Virus record (IMG/VR): IMGVR_UViG_3300031151_000426
Direction: 5' to 3' (one strand)
DNA: 64,000 bases
Source of the DNA: a virus
Lineage: Duplodnaviria; Caudoviricetes
The notes beneath the pieces were generated by a model, which did no database searches, was not told where the DNA came from, and saw only the letters and a list, made by a program, of their open reading frames with translations. This document shows, piece by piece, positions 1 through 9,509 of this stretch. Made by a program: the position numbers and the translations under genes. Each line of letters starts with the position of its first letter. Within the stretch, counting starts at the first letter, position 1.

Positions 1-188
1 AAAAACATCGCCACTTTGCGGGTCTGGTTCGCCAGTGCGTTTTTAAACGCCCCGGGCAGAATGATGTCGCCATCGGAATCGGTGTTGTTAAAAACAGAGG
101 CGTAGCCTTCAAAAATCCCCTGTTTACCGTCACCGGTGAATTTGATTTCTGTCTCGTCGAAGGACAGCGTTTTTACGATCTCAGGCAT
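1..188 (-). CDS. HK97-family prohead protease (5' part only)
   Basis: Manual translation MPEIVKTLSFDETEIKFTGDGKQGIFEGYASVFNNTDSDGDIILPGAF; the EGYASVF...D..GD motif and the position after portal fit. Confidence 0.9.
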   Translation of the reverse strand, partial: MPEIVKTLSFDETEIKFTGDGKQGIFEGYASVFNNTDSDGDIILPGAFKNALANQTRKVAMF

Positions 189-205
189 TACGGCCCCCAT
201 AAAAA

Positions 206-1483
206 TTAAGCCCCGTTATCACGGGGCTCTTTGTTGGTTCCTAAATCGGTGATCGGCACGTATTGCGACTGGCGCATTGCCACATCGCCACCCGGCAATG
301 GCGGGAGGTTGTCCGTTCGTCGCATCTCGTTGATAGTGCGTAGCCCTGCCTCTCCCATTGCCTTCATAAATGCAGCGCGGGATGCCGAATCGCCCCTCAG
401 CAGGCCGTCGAGGTTGTGCTCAGCATGAATTCGGCCAACATCCTTAGCAGGAATAAGCCACCGCTGAATGCTGTTTTCCCAACGGGAGATATAGGGCTGC
501 AGGGTGTACTGCAGGAAGCCGAGATTCTGCTGCTCGATGCCCGATCCCCAGCTCGTTGATTTCTCGACGTCGCCTACAAGGTGAGGCGGTACGCCAAAGA
601 ATCGCGCCAGTTCACTTACCTGAAATTTTCGGGACGCCATCATTTCGGCATCCTGCGGCGTTACGCCAATTGCCGATGTGGAAAAGCCCGCTTCCAGAAT
701 CCAGAGGCGTTTTTTAACCGGACCGCCGGCGATCTCTTTGAAGTTCTCTTCGACCTGCGAGCGCTGCTGTTCAGTCAGCACCTTTTCGCCGGTGGAGAGG
801 ATTTGCGGAGACTTGGCGCCGTTGGCAAAGAAATCTCGCTGCTGGTCCTCCATCGCAACTGCCACACCTGCCGATTTACAGGCAAAAGCAATTGGTGACA
901 GGCCGACCAGCCCGGTGAATCCGAAGCCTTTAAGGTGAAAAATCTCTCTCTGCGAAAAGTCGGCGTATTCGCTGTCGCGTTGATAGCGATAAACCACTTT
1001 TTTTCCGACGAGTTTCACATCCATATTGGCAGACTGAAGCGGGAGAAGGCTGATCACGTCACCCGCGCTGTTGCGGTCCACCAGTGCATACGCGTTACCG
1101 TAGAAACAGAGCTGCATCGTCATGGCCTCCCTGAATTCCTGGGCTGTCATGTACTGATTCGGTGAGTAGCGCAGCAATCGCGCCAGCGGATTGCTCAAAC
1201 CCACTTTTTTGCGGTTGTCATTCTGGTCGGTTTCGAAGACATCAAGCGGTAAGCATGCCGTGAGCGTTGAAATCAGGCTCACGCAGCGCCAAACCGTCGA
1301 AATTTGCAGTATCCGTTCATCGTTAATGGATGAATCGCCCAGGTGTCCGTGGGCCGAGACAGGCCCCGTCTGTGAGCCCTGATTTGGGGTGACTAAACGC
1401 CCGCCGACAAACCAGGACTGCAGCCTTGCCCACCAGCCGTTATTGGTTCGCAGGTCAATCGTGTATTTAGGTTCTTCCATCAC
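206..1483 (-). CDS. HK97-family portal protein
   Basis: 425 aa with GNAYA, GLSPI, FFANGA, ARFFGVPP and GIEQQNLGF motifs; follows terL. Confidence 0.95.
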   Translation of the reverse strand: MMEEPKYTIDLRTNNGWWARLQSWFVGGRLVTPNQGSQTGPVSAHGHLGDSSINDERILQISTVWRCVSLISTLTACLPLDVFETDQNDNRKKVGLSNPLARLLRYSPNQYMTAQEFREAMTMQLCFYGNAYALVDRNSAGDVISLLPLQSANMDVKLVGKKVVYRYQRDSEYADFSQREIFHLKGFGFTGLVGLSPIAFACKSAGVAVAMEDQQRDFFANGAKSPQILSTGEKVLTEQQRSQVEENFKEIAGGPVKKRLWILEAGFSTSAIGVTPQDAEMMASRKFQVSELARFFGVPPHLVGDVEKSTSWGSGIEQQNLGFLQYTLQPYISRWENSIQRWLIPAKDVGRIHAEHNLDGLLRGDSASRAAFMKAMGEAGLRTINEMRRTDNLPPLPGGDVAMRQSQYVPITDLGTNKEPRDNGA

Positions 1484-2994
1484 ATGCTCAGCGGTCGGAA
1501 AATGAAGTCATCGAAGTCACCACCCTGTTCGGTAACTTCCCCATTAGCAGCACCAACGGACATTGTCATTGCGACCATGCCATCAATACGGCCTGTTGCT
1601 TTGGACTTATCGAGCTTGCGGTTGCCAGCGGCATCTTTCACCACCACCGCATTCACAGCACACATCGTTAATACGGGGTGCATGCCATGCCTCACGCGCC
1701 CGTTAAGCATCAGAGACTCCAGCGTGTCTACAGCTGGCCCCATATCCTTAAAGCCCTGGCCGAACTCGACCAGCGGGAGGTTCAGCCCAATGGCATCGGC
1801 ATCCTTCCTGAACTGGTCAATGCGCCAGCGGTCAAAAGCCATCGAGGTAAGGTCGAAATCACCGATAATTTCAGCGATATCCGCAACGACGAATGAGTAA
1901 TCCACCGAAGCGCCTGGCGTGGTGCGCAGCAGCCCCTCCCTCACCCAAACGTCATAGGGTGCGCGGTCCGTTTTGGTTCGCTCTTCAAGAGTCTTTTGCG
2001 GTGTCCAGAAGAAGGGGAAAACATCCCAGACACCATCATCTGCTTCACCAGCTATAACCAGCGCCGTTAAGTCGTTCCTGGCTGACAGATCCAGCCCCGC
2101 GTACCACTTCCTCGGGGTGTTAATCGGCATCTCTCCGCAAAGCTCCCACACGCTGCGGGAAATAAACGGCGATACGGTAGAAACGCGCTGATTGAGGTTG
2201 AGGTTTCGGAAGGTGTTTTCGAAGCTTGGCATTCGGCCAGCTTTCTCAGCCTGGCGCGCCATGTCTTTTTCTGACCTGAATGTGCCCAGCGCCGGGTTCG
2301 CGGCCAGCCAGGACTCGCGTTTACTGATATCAGCGTCTTTTGGCGCTTCATAAACGTGGCACACGATGTGCGGGTCTTTCGATTTGACTGCATCATCAAT
2401 CCAGATGCTCAGCAGGTCGGCGTCATTTGCTGCCTGCGTACTGATAACAACCAGCAGCGGGTTCTCATGCGCCCCCTGCGCGGTAGTTATTGCATCGATA
2501 AAATCATCCTGTGGTCCCCTTACCTGCCCGGTTTCATCAAGAATGGCCAGAATGGGGGAAAGGCCGTGCGTCGTCTTACCTTCTGCGGATAAAGCCTTGT
2601 ATTCGACGTTACACGGCAAACCAATCAGCTTTTTGCCGCTTGGCGTAATGTGAACAATCTCCTGCAGCTTAGGGTTCAGGTTGACCATCTTCACCGCGAG
2701 GTTAAAAACGATGGCCGCCTGTTCCCGGCTGAGTGCACCGCTGACAATCTGCGTGTTCTGAACCGCTTCAGGACCCACCAGGTGAGCCAGCAGGATTCCA
2801 GCGATTAAGCCTGTTTTACCGTTTTTTCGGGCGATGCTGAGGATCGCCATATCCGTTCCGGCTGGATTGTCGTAAACCGCCAGGATGAAATCTTTCTGAA
2901 AGGGGTCCAACCGCATAGGCTGGCCGATAAGCTTGCCTTCCGGCACGATGCAAAAGCGCTCAATGAACGCTATTACACGCTCACCTCGCGTCAT
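1480..2994 (-). CDS. terL: Terminase large subunit (HK97-like)
   Basis: ARKNGKT Walker A, ILDE Walker B, GLDLS nuclease motif and RIDG. Confidence 0.95.
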   Translation of the reverse strand: MTRGERVIAFIERFCIVPEGKLIGQPMRLDPFQKDFILAVYDNPAGTDMAILSIARKNGKTGLIAGILLAHLVGPEAVQNTQIVSGALSREQAAIVFNLAVKMVNLNPKLQEIVHITPSGKKLIGLPCNVEYKALSAEGKTTHGLSPILAILDETGQVRGPQDDFIDAITTAQGAHENPLLVVISTQAANDADLLSIWIDDAVKSKDPHIVCHVYEAPKDADISKRESWLAANPALGTFRSEKDMARQAEKAGRMPSFENTFRNLNLNQRVSTVSPFISRSVWELCGEMPINTPRKWYAGLDLSARNDLTALVIAGEADDGVWDVFPFFWTPQKTLEERTKTDRAPYDVWVREGLLRTTPGASVDYSFVVADIAEIIGDFDLTSMAFDRWRIDQFRKDADAIGLNLPLVEFGQGFKDMGPAVDTLESLMLNGRVRHGMHPVLTMCAVNAVVVKDAAGNRKLDKSKATGRIDGMVAMTMSVGAANGEVTEQGGDFDDFIFRPLSM

Positions 2995-3000
2995 AGTCTT

Positions 3001-3486
3001 TTATCCGTGCTTGGGAAAGGCGATCAGGTTGTCGTCCTGGTCCTGATGCTCGGTTTTGGTATTTCGTGCATCACGATCATTCTGATTGCGTTTCTTCTGG
3101 TCGCGGCTTTCGCCGTTGGTTGCGTGGGAATGGATCTGGAGGTCACGGCGCTGAGCCAGAATAGTTCGCTGCAGCTCAACAATTTGCTTGCGGAGGTCTT
3201 TGATAAGCCCTTCTTCGCGGCCCTCTCCGCGTGTTCGCTCTTCTTTGCGTAAATCCTTACGTAAAACCGTGATATAGAGCTGGTTATTTGCCAGTTCTAC
3301 AGCGGCCAGAAGGTCGGCCGGCGTCCAGCTGTCCAGAGCTTTCGATCTGATATTGTCATGCCAGAATGGTTCGGCTTTTTTTTCCAAACCTGCATGGGAC
3401 GGAGGATCGATGGTGTCCACTGCTGCATTTTTCATGGCCTGAACCGCTGCCGCCGAACTGTCGGAACGGGTTCGTTTATCTGCCAT
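3001..3486 (-). CDS. terS: Terminase small subunit
   Basis: 161 aa between cos and terL; HK97 gp1-like. Confidence 0.85.
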   Translation of the reverse strand: MADKRTRSDSSAAAVQAMKNAAVDTIDPPSHAGLEKKAEPFWHDNIRSKALDSWTPADLLAAVELANNQLYITVLRKDLRKEERTRGEGREEGLIKDLRKQIVELQRTILAQRRDLQIHSHATNGESRDQKKRNQNDRDARNTKTEHQDQDDNLIAFPKHG

Positions 3487-3535
3487 ATGTCAACACCTTA
3501 AAACTAAAAAAATCGGGTTAGCGTTAAAATCAAAC

Positions 3536-3545
3536 TTTGGCGGCG
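3536..3545 (-). other. Putative cos cohesive-end site CGCCGCCAAA
   Basis: Matches the HK97-type 10-nt 3' overhang as I recall it; lies in the intergenic gap upstream of terS. Confidence 0.65.
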
Positions 3546-3670
3546 GTCATTTGGGGCAAAGGTTTTGAAGATTTGCTCCCCCCCCTGCCCTTGATGGTAT
3601 TCATTCTCATTTGATATCGTTGCATTTGAAATGATTTCACATGACAGGTAATCGACTTACCGCCGCCGCG

Positions 3671-3874
3671 CTATGCCGAATGTTTGTCTACCTGTTCGAG
3701 TTTCTGAGCGCCTTTCCCATGCTCGGGCCACACATGCCCTGAAAAGGTTAGCGTCGGCACGTTTTCTCCTACCGTGTGGGAGAACTGGATAGAGGTAACG
3801 GTCTTCATCGCTACGCCATCAATTGCCAGCTGAACAAACTTACCGTCACGATACTCGATGATGAGGTCTTTCAT
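3671..3874 (-). CDS. Hypothetical phage protein
   Basis: 67 aa, translationally coupled to the HNH gene. Confidence 0.6.
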   Translation of the reverse strand: MKDLIIEYRDGKFVQLAIDGVAMKTVTSIQFSHTVGENVPTLTFSGHVWPEHGKGAQKLEQVDKHSA

Positions 3875-4215
3875 TGCGTGCTCCAGTGAGAAGCAGGATC
3901 TAGCGGGTAGCCATTGGCATCACAGCCTATTACCGCGCCGCTCTTCTCCATTCTCTGTTTGGTTGAGTCATGATGTGCTTTGCACAGTGGCTGCCAGTTC
4001 TCTTTACTCCAGAACAGGAGCTGTGCTTTCGATATGGCCAGCGTGTTACCTGACTTAAGCGCCTCTTTGAGTTTGTGGGGCTCGATATGGTCAACCACCG
4101 TTGCTGGGGTTATGCGTCCCTGCTGCTCGCACATCACACATAGTGGGTGCTGCTGCAGGAAACGCAGACGGGCTTTATCCCATCGGCTGCCATATACGCG
4201 GGGCTCTTTGTTCAT
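3871..4215 (-). CDS. HNH endonuclease (packaging-associated)
   Basis: CxxC, VVDHIEPH and NWQPLCKAHH motifs; next to cos/terS as HK97 gp74 is. Confidence 0.9.
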   Translation of the reverse strand: MNKEPRVYGSRWDKARLRFLQQHPLCVMCEQQGRITPATVVDHIEPHKLKEALKSGNTLAISKAQLLFWSKENWQPLCKAHHDSTKQRMEKSGAVIGCDANGYPLDPASHWSTQ

Positions 4216-4799
4216 GCCAGTCTCCATGCGCGGCGGCGTTCCGTCCTCGGCTCGTTGTCAGGGTGACGCTCAACCGTCGGCATGTCGGCATGATCCACCA
4301 GCGAGTAACACGGATAAATCACCCGGCCACCGAATGCCTCACCGACGGCGTAATCAGCTGCCAGCGTTTTATTCCAGGTGCTGAGCATGCGCCCCAGCCT
4401 GCCCTGAGGAGGGCTGTAACATACGCCGTGAATCAGTTTGCTTAATACGATGTGGTCACCACAGACGCGATCCGCATCCACCAGCATTCCGGCAATCTCT
4501 TTCTGATACTGCGGCGGTCGGCCAGTACCAAGATAAAAGCTCAGCATGTCGTCAGGGAAGCGCACCAGCCAGTCAGTTACCTTATCGGTGAAGCCCTGCA
4601 CAGGAAGCGCGTCGTCTTCCAACACTACTACCCGGCAAGGTTGCTCAGCAGCCCATTCGATTGCACGACGATGATTCCAGTTCGCGCCGTGGTTACCGCC
4701 ATCAATCAGCAAATGTGCGCCTATAGCAGAGGTCAGCGCCTCAGCCTGCTGCCGTCTGGCGTGATGACCGACCACCGCAAACTTAATCTCTTCAGCCAC
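4212..4799 (-). CDS. Putative GT-A glycosyltransferase (GT25-like)
   Basis: NH..A..W...VVVLEDDA motif and late SLVDH; coupled to the HNH gene in the late operon. Confidence 0.65.
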   Translation of the reverse strand: MAEEIKFAVVGHHARRQQAEALTSAIGAHLLIDGGNHGANWNHRRAIEWAAEQPCRVVVLEDDALPVQGFTDKVTDWLVRFPDDMLSFYLGTGRPPQYQKEIAGMLVDADRVCGDHIVLSKLIHGVCYSPPQGRLGRMLSTWNKTLAADYAVGEAFGGRVIYPCYSLVDHADMPTVERHPDNEPRTERRRAWRLA

Positions 4800-4817
4800 C
4801 AGCGAATCTCCAATAAG

Positions 4818-4838
4818 AAAAGCCGCACGATGGCGGCT
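4818..4838 (-). terminator. Rho-independent terminator in late operon
   Basis: AGCCGC/GCGGCT stem with a short U-tract on the minus strand. Confidence 0.5.
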
Positions 4839-4938
4839 ACTGTCTGAATATCAGGGTGTTGATTATGTCTAGATTTAGGTATGTTAGGTGCTACCCAAAC
4901 GCTACTTGGGTGCCCCTTAAAATAAAAAAGGATTAAGT

Positions 4939-5172
4939 ATGTCTGACAATATCATGCAAGAAATCATGGAAAATTTGATTTATAAGGTCGATGCATTGAA
5001 TTCAATTGTTGTTCAAATGCAAAACGTATTGACTCCTGAACAGCTTAATAAATTCCAAACCAATACAATTGAAACATGGAAATTGGTTGAAGAAAAAACA
5101 CCTCATGAAGCAATTGAAACGGTACTTAAAACCAAGAAATTTGCATTTAAGTATTCTGGGATAAAAGAATAA
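4939..5172 (+). CDS. AT-rich moron, hypothetical protein
   Basis: 77 aa, opposite strand to the late genes, AAGGA SD, downstream hairpin at about 5208-5240. Confidence 0.7.
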   Translation: MSDNIMQEIMENLIYKVDALNSIVVQMQNVLTPEQLNKFQTNTIETWKLVEEKTPHEAIETVLKTKKFAFKYSGIKE

Positions 5173-5268
5173 ACGTTGCAATTGCATCTTCGATGATGTT
5201 TTTTACAATTGGAGCAATTACATTCGAAGTTGCTCCATTCTTGAGATTATTCATAAATCACCCTTCCA

Positions 5269-6726
5269 TTATTTATGTTGCCACCAAGCTGACTCTTTGC
5301 CTAAACCATCCGTTTTGAATACCGTATGAACCAGAGGGCCGGTGACCAGCCTGTCAGCGAACGACTGCGCGACAATACCGAACGCCAGCATGTCACCCAC
5401 CGCGGCGCCAGCCTGTTCTTTCTTCCAGAAACGATAACTCTCGATCCGGTAGTAAAGACGGATGATGCCGTGAGCGAACGCCATTACATCAGCGCGGGTG
5501 CCACCCAGCAGACCAGCGTTAAGCATCACATCGCCGCGGTGCGCTTCAATGAATTCCTGATAGATACGCTCAGGATGATTCTGTTTCGCCCAGGAGTCGG
5601 CGTAGGTCTTCGGTTCAGAACCGACATACACCTTCCCGGGTTCCATTTCTTCCCACGGCGCGCGAAGCATTTCGACATCGGTACCATCAGTACACCAGAC
5701 GAACCGGTATTCAGGGTGATCGCGCAGGTGCTGCCAGATATGCAGCCAGCGCCGGAAGTAGACATTCATCTTCACGTCAGGTACGAGATACAGCTCAACA
5801 TCTGCCGGTGCCGTCAGTAATTCATCCACCAGCGCAATACGTCCACAATTCCGAAGCGAGGCCGCCCACCTGGTCAGCATGTCAGGTGAGGCCGTCATTT
5901 TCGTGCCGCGCTGAGGGTCAGGCTGGCTGGTCAGTAACGTAGTGATAACCACGTCGCGCTGACGTCGATATTCAACGTAATCGGTAAAGCCGGTATCACG
6001 CCGTTCGTTGTGGATTTTAACGTTACGTTCCACCAGCGCCTGTCGGTCTGGTTTCGGCACTGACCGCTCCACAGCCTCATGCTCATCGAGGGAATGAATC
6101 AGCTTTTCTGAACCGACGACATCAGCGTAAGCCCACGTAGTCAGTCCTGCGTTATGGATGCGCAGGGCAAGGTCGCTGTGTTCGTACATGCCGCGACCAT
6201 AAACCGGATCGAATCCGCCCACTTTCTCGATGGCGCTGCGGTGGTAGTACAGCATCACACCGCGCTGCCCGGTGTAAGCCATATGCTGTTCGTCACGGTA
6301 AAGCACCGAAAGGTCATTCAGCTTGTTGCGGCCAGCCAGATCGAGAAACTGGTAAGCCAGATGTGGCTCGGGTGATTCGATGTAAGGAAGATGCCAGTTA
6401 TCAGCGATAGGCCAGGCGTCATCATCCCATAAAAATAGATGCTCACACCCGGCATCCATCAGGGCTGACAGGCTGGCGTTCTTCGAAGCAACAATGCCGA
6501 GTGATGTTTCATGGCGAAGCAGCTGCACGCCGTCAGGCACCACTGCGGCAGGTTTAGAGCCGTCGTCGATAACCACCACCAGCGCACCGACAGGAAGATG
6601 TTTGGTGTGCTGCTCAATGGCGCGCTTTAGATCGTCCGCCCGGTTGTGGGTGGTAATCGCAATGCCAATCCGTGACGCTGAAACACAGGCAGGCAAATAC
6701 GGGACACCATCAATAGTGACCTGCAT
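5269..6726 (-). CDS. Two-domain glycosyltransferase (GT2-type N-domain plus second GT-A domain)
   Basis: ITTHNR, VVIDDGS, LWDDD, VGGFD..YG...EHSDL; C-domain FVWCTDGTDV and LNAGLLGG. Confidence 0.85.
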   Translation of the reverse strand: MQVTIDGVPYLPACVSASRIGIAITTHNRADDLKRAIEQHTKHLPVGALVVVIDDGSKPAAVVPDGVQLLRHETSLGIVASKNASLSALMDAGCEHLFLWDDDAWPIADNWHLPYIESPEPHLAYQFLDLAGRNKLNDLSVLYRDEQHMAYTGQRGVMLYYHRSAIEKVGGFDPVYGRGMYEHSDLALRIHNAGLTTWAYADVVGSEKLIHSLDEHEAVERSVPKPDRQALVERNVKIHNERRDTGFTDYVEYRRQRDVVITTLLTSQPDPQRGTKMTASPDMLTRWAASLRNCGRIALVDELLTAPADVELYLVPDVKMNVYFRRWLHIWQHLRDHPEYRFVWCTDGTDVEMLRAPWEEMEPGKVYVGSEPKTYADSWAKQNHPERIYQEFIEAHRGDVMLNAGLLGGTRADVMAFAHGIIRLYYRIESYRFWKKEQAGAAVGDMLAFGIVAQSFADRLVTGPLVHTVFKTDGLGKESAWWQHK

Positions 6727-6843
6727 AATTTTTCCCCGATTTACTTTCTATATTGATAACTTGTTAAGGTATTAGTTTTAAAACAAATGTAATCTGAGAA
6801 GGCAGGCGTACTTTTGCACGTTGATGGTTAACTGGAGAATAAA

Positions 6844-7404
6844 ATGCAACAACAAAGCGCTATTGCAAGAAGACTTAGTGCAGCATTCACTGAGTTTGGC
6901 ACTAAAGACTACGAAACCACCTTACTTCATCTCTTTCCTGCTTTAGATTCTACGGCGAAAAAAAGAAGACCAAAATCAGGGGTTGGAGACAGAATCCGTA
7001 AGTTTCTTGAAGATGATGAAGATCTTCTATCCTTTATCGCCCTTGGGTTATGTGTAACTAACATTGAAGCTGGTGGTAAAACCATACCTCAAGCAATTTA
7101 TGAGTATGGTCGCTGCTCAATAGAACATGAGGGTGAACTTGACAAAAGGCTGACAATAACCGAAGAACAACAAATGCTATTAGGAGGCCAGTGGGTACTT
7201 CCAGTAGGATATATTTTTGGCATGATGATGTTAGTTTTAGTCGCGCCTGAGAACAAAGATGAAAAGTTTACCTCCGATTTTGGCATTATCGTGAGGGGTG
7301 TACAATTCAACGCTAATGAAAGTTGGGGTCAAATTTTGACGTGCAGAGAAAAAATTGGTCTCAATGCCATGAAACAAAGAATCTCTTCAAGTCGTCACAG
7401 TTAA
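6844..7404 (+). CDS. Moron, putative HEPN-like protein
   Basis: 186 aa, AT-rich, inverted, GGAG SD; R-x4-H motif (RCSIEH). Confidence 0.6.
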   Translation: MQQQSAIARRLSAAFTEFGTKDYETTLLHLFPALDSTAKKRRPKSGVGDRIRKFLEDDEDLLSFIALGLCVTNIEAGGKTIPQAIYEYGRCSIEHEGELDKRLTITEEQQMLLGGQWVLPVGYIFGMMMLVLVAPENKDEKFTSDFGIIVRGVQFNANESWGQILTCREKIGLNAMKQRISSSRHS

Positions 7405-7503
7405 AATATATTTATCATTTATCCCCAAATGTTGATTGCTGATTAATAAACCACTTTGGGGATAACTATTATCAAGCCCACCAGCAGGTGAGCTTTGTAA
7501 TGG

Positions 7504-7740
7504 CTAGCCGTCAGAAAAAGAAACGCCGAGGTCGATAATGACTTTTTTCTGTTTCTCAATACGACGTTCCAGCTCTGCTACAGCATGAGGTCGGATTGCC
7601 TCTTCAAAGGCAGCATCCTGATATGCTGACTGGATAGTCACACCGAGACCACCTCCGCCAGCGATGAGATCGCGCTGTTTTTGCAGTTCTCGAATGTTTT
7701 CCCAGATGCTATAGGCATGACTTAAATCCTGAACTTTCAT
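7504..7740 (-). CDS. Hypothetical phage protein
   Basis: ORF after the spanins; start MKVQDL chosen from the upstream AAAGAGAG. Confidence 0.55.
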   Translation of the reverse strand: MKVQDLSHAYSIWENIRELQKQRDLIAGGGGLGVTIQSAYQDAAFEEAIRPHAVAELERRIEKQKKVIIDLGVSFSDG

Positions 7741-7806
7741 CTGTGGCTCTCTTTTGGGTGGGTATGGAAATATCCCCGCTATTGAATGTGAACACAGTAG
7801 CATCCG

Positions 7807-8022
7807 TCACTCCTGCTTCTGGCAGTTCGCCTGCCACGCTTTGTCATGCGCCAGGATGTCTTTCTTCGTCTGGCGGGCCATAACGTCTATGTCGTGATCA
7901 GTCAGGTAGATTGGCTTTACCCAGTCACAGGCAGTATCAACCACCACCGGGACGCTTCCACGTTTCGCGCAGCTCGCGATCAACATCGTCATCAGGCATA
8001 TGGTTAACAGTCTGCTGTACAT
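7807..8022 (-). CDS. o-spanin (Rz1-like lipoprotein)
   Basis: Lipobox LIASC; overlaps the i-spanin gene. Confidence 0.8.
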   Translation of the reverse strand: MYSRLLTICLMTMLIASCAKRGSVPVVVDTACDWVKPIYLTDHDIDVMARQTKKDILAHDKAWQANCQKQE

Positions 8023-8212
8023 TGCTGGCCTCTTTCGTTGCTTCTACCCGACGTTCGGCTAATGCTTCAGTGGCAGCGGCCTTATCTTCGGCGCGCTGCT
8101 GGTCAGCTTTCTCTTCCGCTTTGCTGGTGCCGCGTGAATGACCAATGCCAAAAGCACCAGCGATAGCAGCCATTACCAGCGCAGCAATACCGACGATCGT
8201 TTCTAATCCCAT
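7937..8212 (-). CDS. i-spanin (Rz-like)
   Basis: N-terminal TM segment plus coiled coil; follows endolysin. Confidence 0.8.
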   Translation of the reverse strand: MGLETIVGIAALVMAAIAGAFGIGHSRGTSKAEEKADQQRAEDKAAATEALAERRVEATKEASNVQQTVNHMPDDDVDRELRETWKRPGGG

Positions 8213-8219
8213 CTCTAGC

Positions 8220-8846
8220 TCACACCAGTACCGTTTTGGCCTGACCGAAGCGAGCGCGACGATCTTCAAGTCCGTTCGTTCCGCCGTTGATAATCTTCGT
8301 CACCTGCAACAGGTCGCCGGAATACTTAAGGCAGCCCTTAGTTGTGAAGAACCACGCCGCGCTTCTTGCGGCATAAAGGTCTTTCGCTAAAAGTTCAGGC
8401 TCCTGTACAAGATCAACCTTGAGCCCATTGCCGCAATCACGGTAATTTTTGAGACCAGTAATCTGGATAAGGCCACGCCCACGGTATAACCATCCGTCAC
8501 CCGGCGCATTGTTGCCGTTACGTTTGCTGTAGACCAGATTGGCAATGGCGCGCTGGCGTTCGATCGGTAATGTCCGTTCCTCAGGACGGCGGCCAAGCTC
8601 ATTTGCCTGTTCTGCTGTGAGGCGTCCAGCGCGGATGAAATTAACCAGGCCAGCAATCCGATAGTTGAAACTCTCCACCAGCAAAGTAAAACCAGCTGAT
8701 TCATGCCCTGTCTGAGCAATAAACATTGCCTGGTCTACCGGCCTGGTGATGCCGAACTCTTTCATTGCTTCGCTTACTGGCTGAAACCAGCGCGCGGCTA
8801 ACTCGACGCTTAACCCAGCCGCCTTTTGAAATTGTGATTGGTTCAT
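8220..8846 (-). CDS. Endolysin, GH19 family
   Basis: [18 protein letters not shown] and INGG.NGL motifs. Confidence 0.92.
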   Translation of the reverse strand: MNQSQFQKAAGLSVELAARWFQPVSEAMKEFGITRPVDQAMFIAQTGHESAGFTLLVESFNYRIAGLVNFIRAGRLTAEQANELGRRPEERTLPIERQRAIANLVYSKRNGNNAPGDGWLYRGRGLIQITGLKNYRDCGNGLKVDLVQEPELLAKDLYAARSAAWFFTTKGCLKYSGDLLQVTKIINGGTNGLEDRRARFGQAKTVLV

Positions 8847-9127
8847 TAGTGCCTCAGTGCATCAACCAGGCGTGCTACGTTTCCCCGAGCCCAGAGAACG
8901 GCAGCACAGATCAGGACGTTGACCAGCACCACAAACCAGTGTGATTCATGGTACAAGCCGAACAGGTAACGGAAAGGGACGCTGGCGTATACCAGCACCG
9001 TAAAATAAGCCATCAGCGAAATCAGAGGGCGATGTCTCGCCCCGCCGCGCTGGTAGAACATCAGTGCAATAACGATAACAGCAGAGATAATTGCGTTTGC
9101 CATCGCACTCGGATCACTTGTTACCAT
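8846..9127 (-). CDS. Three-TM holin-family protein (DUF754-like)
   Basis: Hydrophobic 93 aa ending RGNVARL; in the lysis cassette. Confidence 0.8.
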   Translation of the reverse strand: MVTSDPSAMANAIISAVIVIALMFYQRGGARHRPLISLMAYFTVLVYASVPFRYLFGLYHESHWFVVLVNVLICAAVLWARGNVARLVDALRH

Positions 9128-9509
9128 TGCTGGCCCCTCCACCACGTAATCGTGAGAGAATTCCAAACAGGCTACCCAAATCCTGACTGTTGACGAACGT
9201 CAGCAGCTTAATCGCAATAGCGGCTACTATTACCGCGCCCAGCGCATCAAGTGGCCTGTCGCTATACCCCGTCCATTTAGAGAAGTAAGATCCAAGCAGT
9301 GGAGCGCCAATAACGCCGAAGATGAATGAGGTGATGAAATAGCCCACCAGCTTAAGGCGACTGATATTAACCGCCGTAGCGACGTAGAATACCGCACCGG
9401 CGAATGCGCCAAACACCACACCGTAATCGATGCCGGTTGCCAGGCCGAACATGCTGGCCCCCATGAGACCACCAGCCGCTACCGTAGTGCCAGAAACAGG
9501 ATCGGACAT
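9114..9509 (-). CDS. Putative holin
   Basis: DYGVVFGAFAGAVFYV with several TM segments; first lysis gene. Confidence 0.85.
   Translation of the reverse strand: MSDPVSGTTVAAGGLMGASMFGLATGIDYGVVFGAFAGAVFYVATAVNISRLKLVGYFITSFIFGVIGAPLLGSYFSKWTGYSDRPLDALGAVIVAAIAIKLLTFVNSQDLGSLFGILSRLRGGGASNGNK

Noticed and set aside
231-2653. Plus-strand ORFs overlapping portal/terL, and similar antisense ORFs throughout the window
   Set aside because: Shadow frames of GC-rich genes, lacking SD sequences or motifs.
4840-4854. SOS box (also at 31711-31725)
   Set aside because: Spacing is CTG-N9-CAG, not N10.
5269-6726. gtrABC O-antigen glucosylation locus
   Set aside because: No GtrA flippase or polytopic GtrC, no obvious TM segments, and a late-operon location.
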